Source of the DNA: Podarcis filfolensis
Taxonomy: Eukaryota
NCBI GenBank assembly: GCA_964270895.1
Contig: OZ185440.1
Length of the DNA stretch: 64,000 bases
Reading direction: 5' to 3' (one strand)
Numbering within the stretch: the stretch's first letter is position 1; each line of letters opens with the position of its first letter. Of the stretch, positions 62,465-64,000 are shown piece by piece. Below the pieces are notes generated by a model. It ran no database searches, had not been told where the DNA came from, and saw only the letters and a program-made list of their open reading frames with translations. The position numbers were made by a program, and so were the translations under genes.

Positions 62465-64000
62465 CAGATATGTGGGGTCACTTCCCTGTGGTGCAATCCC
62501 ATGCTGTTTGGGTGTGTTGTGAAGGGGATCAATGGTGTGTTGAACTTTCCCATCAAATCAGCACCTAACCTAGAGGGCTACGCCATGGAGAACTGTTTGA
62601 AGGTGAGATACCAGTCTTCTGTTGCTTCTAGGAAGCATATAGGGCAGGGGTTGGATGTGGGAATGATATGAATGGCAGTATTCTGTATCTATATCCTATG
62701 TGCATGTAACCTATCTCTGCTGCTCTTCAAGTGCCCCCCCTTGGGCACTTTTATTTCTGAGCAAAGTGGGGAGGCAAACACCAAAGTGATGTTGATATGA
62801 TGCTTTGCTACTACACCAGCATCATGGGCCTGGTCATAATGTTAGACTAGTGCTAGGATAATCGTGCCAATGCACTCTCTGGGCTGTGATGTACATGCAT
62901 CAGCTCCCATGACTGGACCACAAGCCGCCAGAACATCTTTCCTTCCTTCCATTATTATATTATTTGTCTATCAGCTCCAACATGCAAATTGATATTTTTG
63001 AAGATAGCAAATTTGTAATTCCAGCTTGAATCCATTTCAATAATGGATAATAGACATCTGTAATTTCTCTTCTTAACAGATTTTTCCCCCGTTGTAGACA
63101 GCTGTGAAAAAAAATCCTATTTATAGTTATCTTGATGCATAATTTTCAGCCCAGTAGCAGACTTCAGATTGGAATTCAGCTTCCAACAGGTGTCAGCTTC
63201 TGGTGTGTGGGGATGTTCCTATTTTTGGCATGAACAAAATATTATTTTCTGCTGCTTTTTCCCCCCCTAACGACAATCTGCAAAAAATAGTTTATCCTCT
63301 ATGAAGACAACATACTCTCCCCACCACCACCAATAAGTTTTTGTTCTGATGCTAAACAATATTTCAATCATCAGATCAGCTAGAAAGTCAGAAGATTTGG
63401 GGGGGGGGTGCAGGTGGGAATGCATAGAGTTCATTAGAAATCTAGACACTAATGTTTGTTTTAACCATTGATTGGAAAGAATTAGGCTGCTTCCTTTCAA
63501 AGTGATAAAATCAACTGGAACTGTATTTAGGCTGTGATTGAGTAAGTCTGTTAATCAGGCACTTACATTTAAGCACATGAGTAGTTCTGTTCTCTCCTCT
63601 GGGGCTGCTTGTGAACTTAAATGAATAGAAAATATGCTTAAATGCTCTGGTGGGTCCTGTCAAGCTTTCTCTGAAGTCTTTGTATTCTATGGAAAACTTT
63701 ACACATAGAATCACTCTGACTGGGCAATAATTAGGGTTTCCCGATGTCTTCGTGTAAATGATGGACCTCCCCCCCCCCAAAAAAAAACCCTAAAGAATGT
63801 AACAGGAATCCTTGTTTCAGAGCACAGAACCTCAATTTTCCTTCATTTCTTTTTGAAACCATGATCTTGCCACTCTAGCTTTTTCTCAGCCAACGGTTTA
63901 TAAAAACTATTTAGAGATGCTTATTTTCAATCAACAGGGGTTTCTGTGCTGAAAGTGCCAGATTGTGGATGAATTAACAACAACAACATGTTCCTAATAT

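Noticed and set aside
1-64000. tRNA or rRNA genes, CRISPR arrays, operons, or a novel multi-gene system
   Set aside because: tRNA-like sequences are SINE heads only; there are no regularly spaced repeat-spacer arrays or long ORFs; this is eukaryotic non-coding DNA

Overview
This is AT-rich vertebrate genomic DNA from a squamate, very probably a lacertid lizard (Podarcis/Lacerta group). The evidence is a near-full-length Sauria SINE of the lacertid POM type, BovB (RTE) 3' ends, young L2 and CR1 LINE fragments, and many hAT-type MITEs. I cannot support any host protein-coding gene. Every ORF with a recognisable product is LINE ORF2 debris; the rest are short chance ORFs over repeats or microsatellites. 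The window reads as a large intron or an intergenic region: transposon fragments with several clean nested insertions (TSDs visible), separated by repeat-free, motif-rich stretches that may be conserved non-coding elements. There are also scattered splice-site-bounded microexon candidates on both strands that cannot be confirmed from sequence alone. I found no tRNA, rRNA, CRISPR array or novel multi-gene system. The most unusual observations concern transposon biology: one palindromic MITE core carrying different terminal repeats, and several nested insertions that give relative ages. Family names come from recall of consensus sequences, not from database searches.
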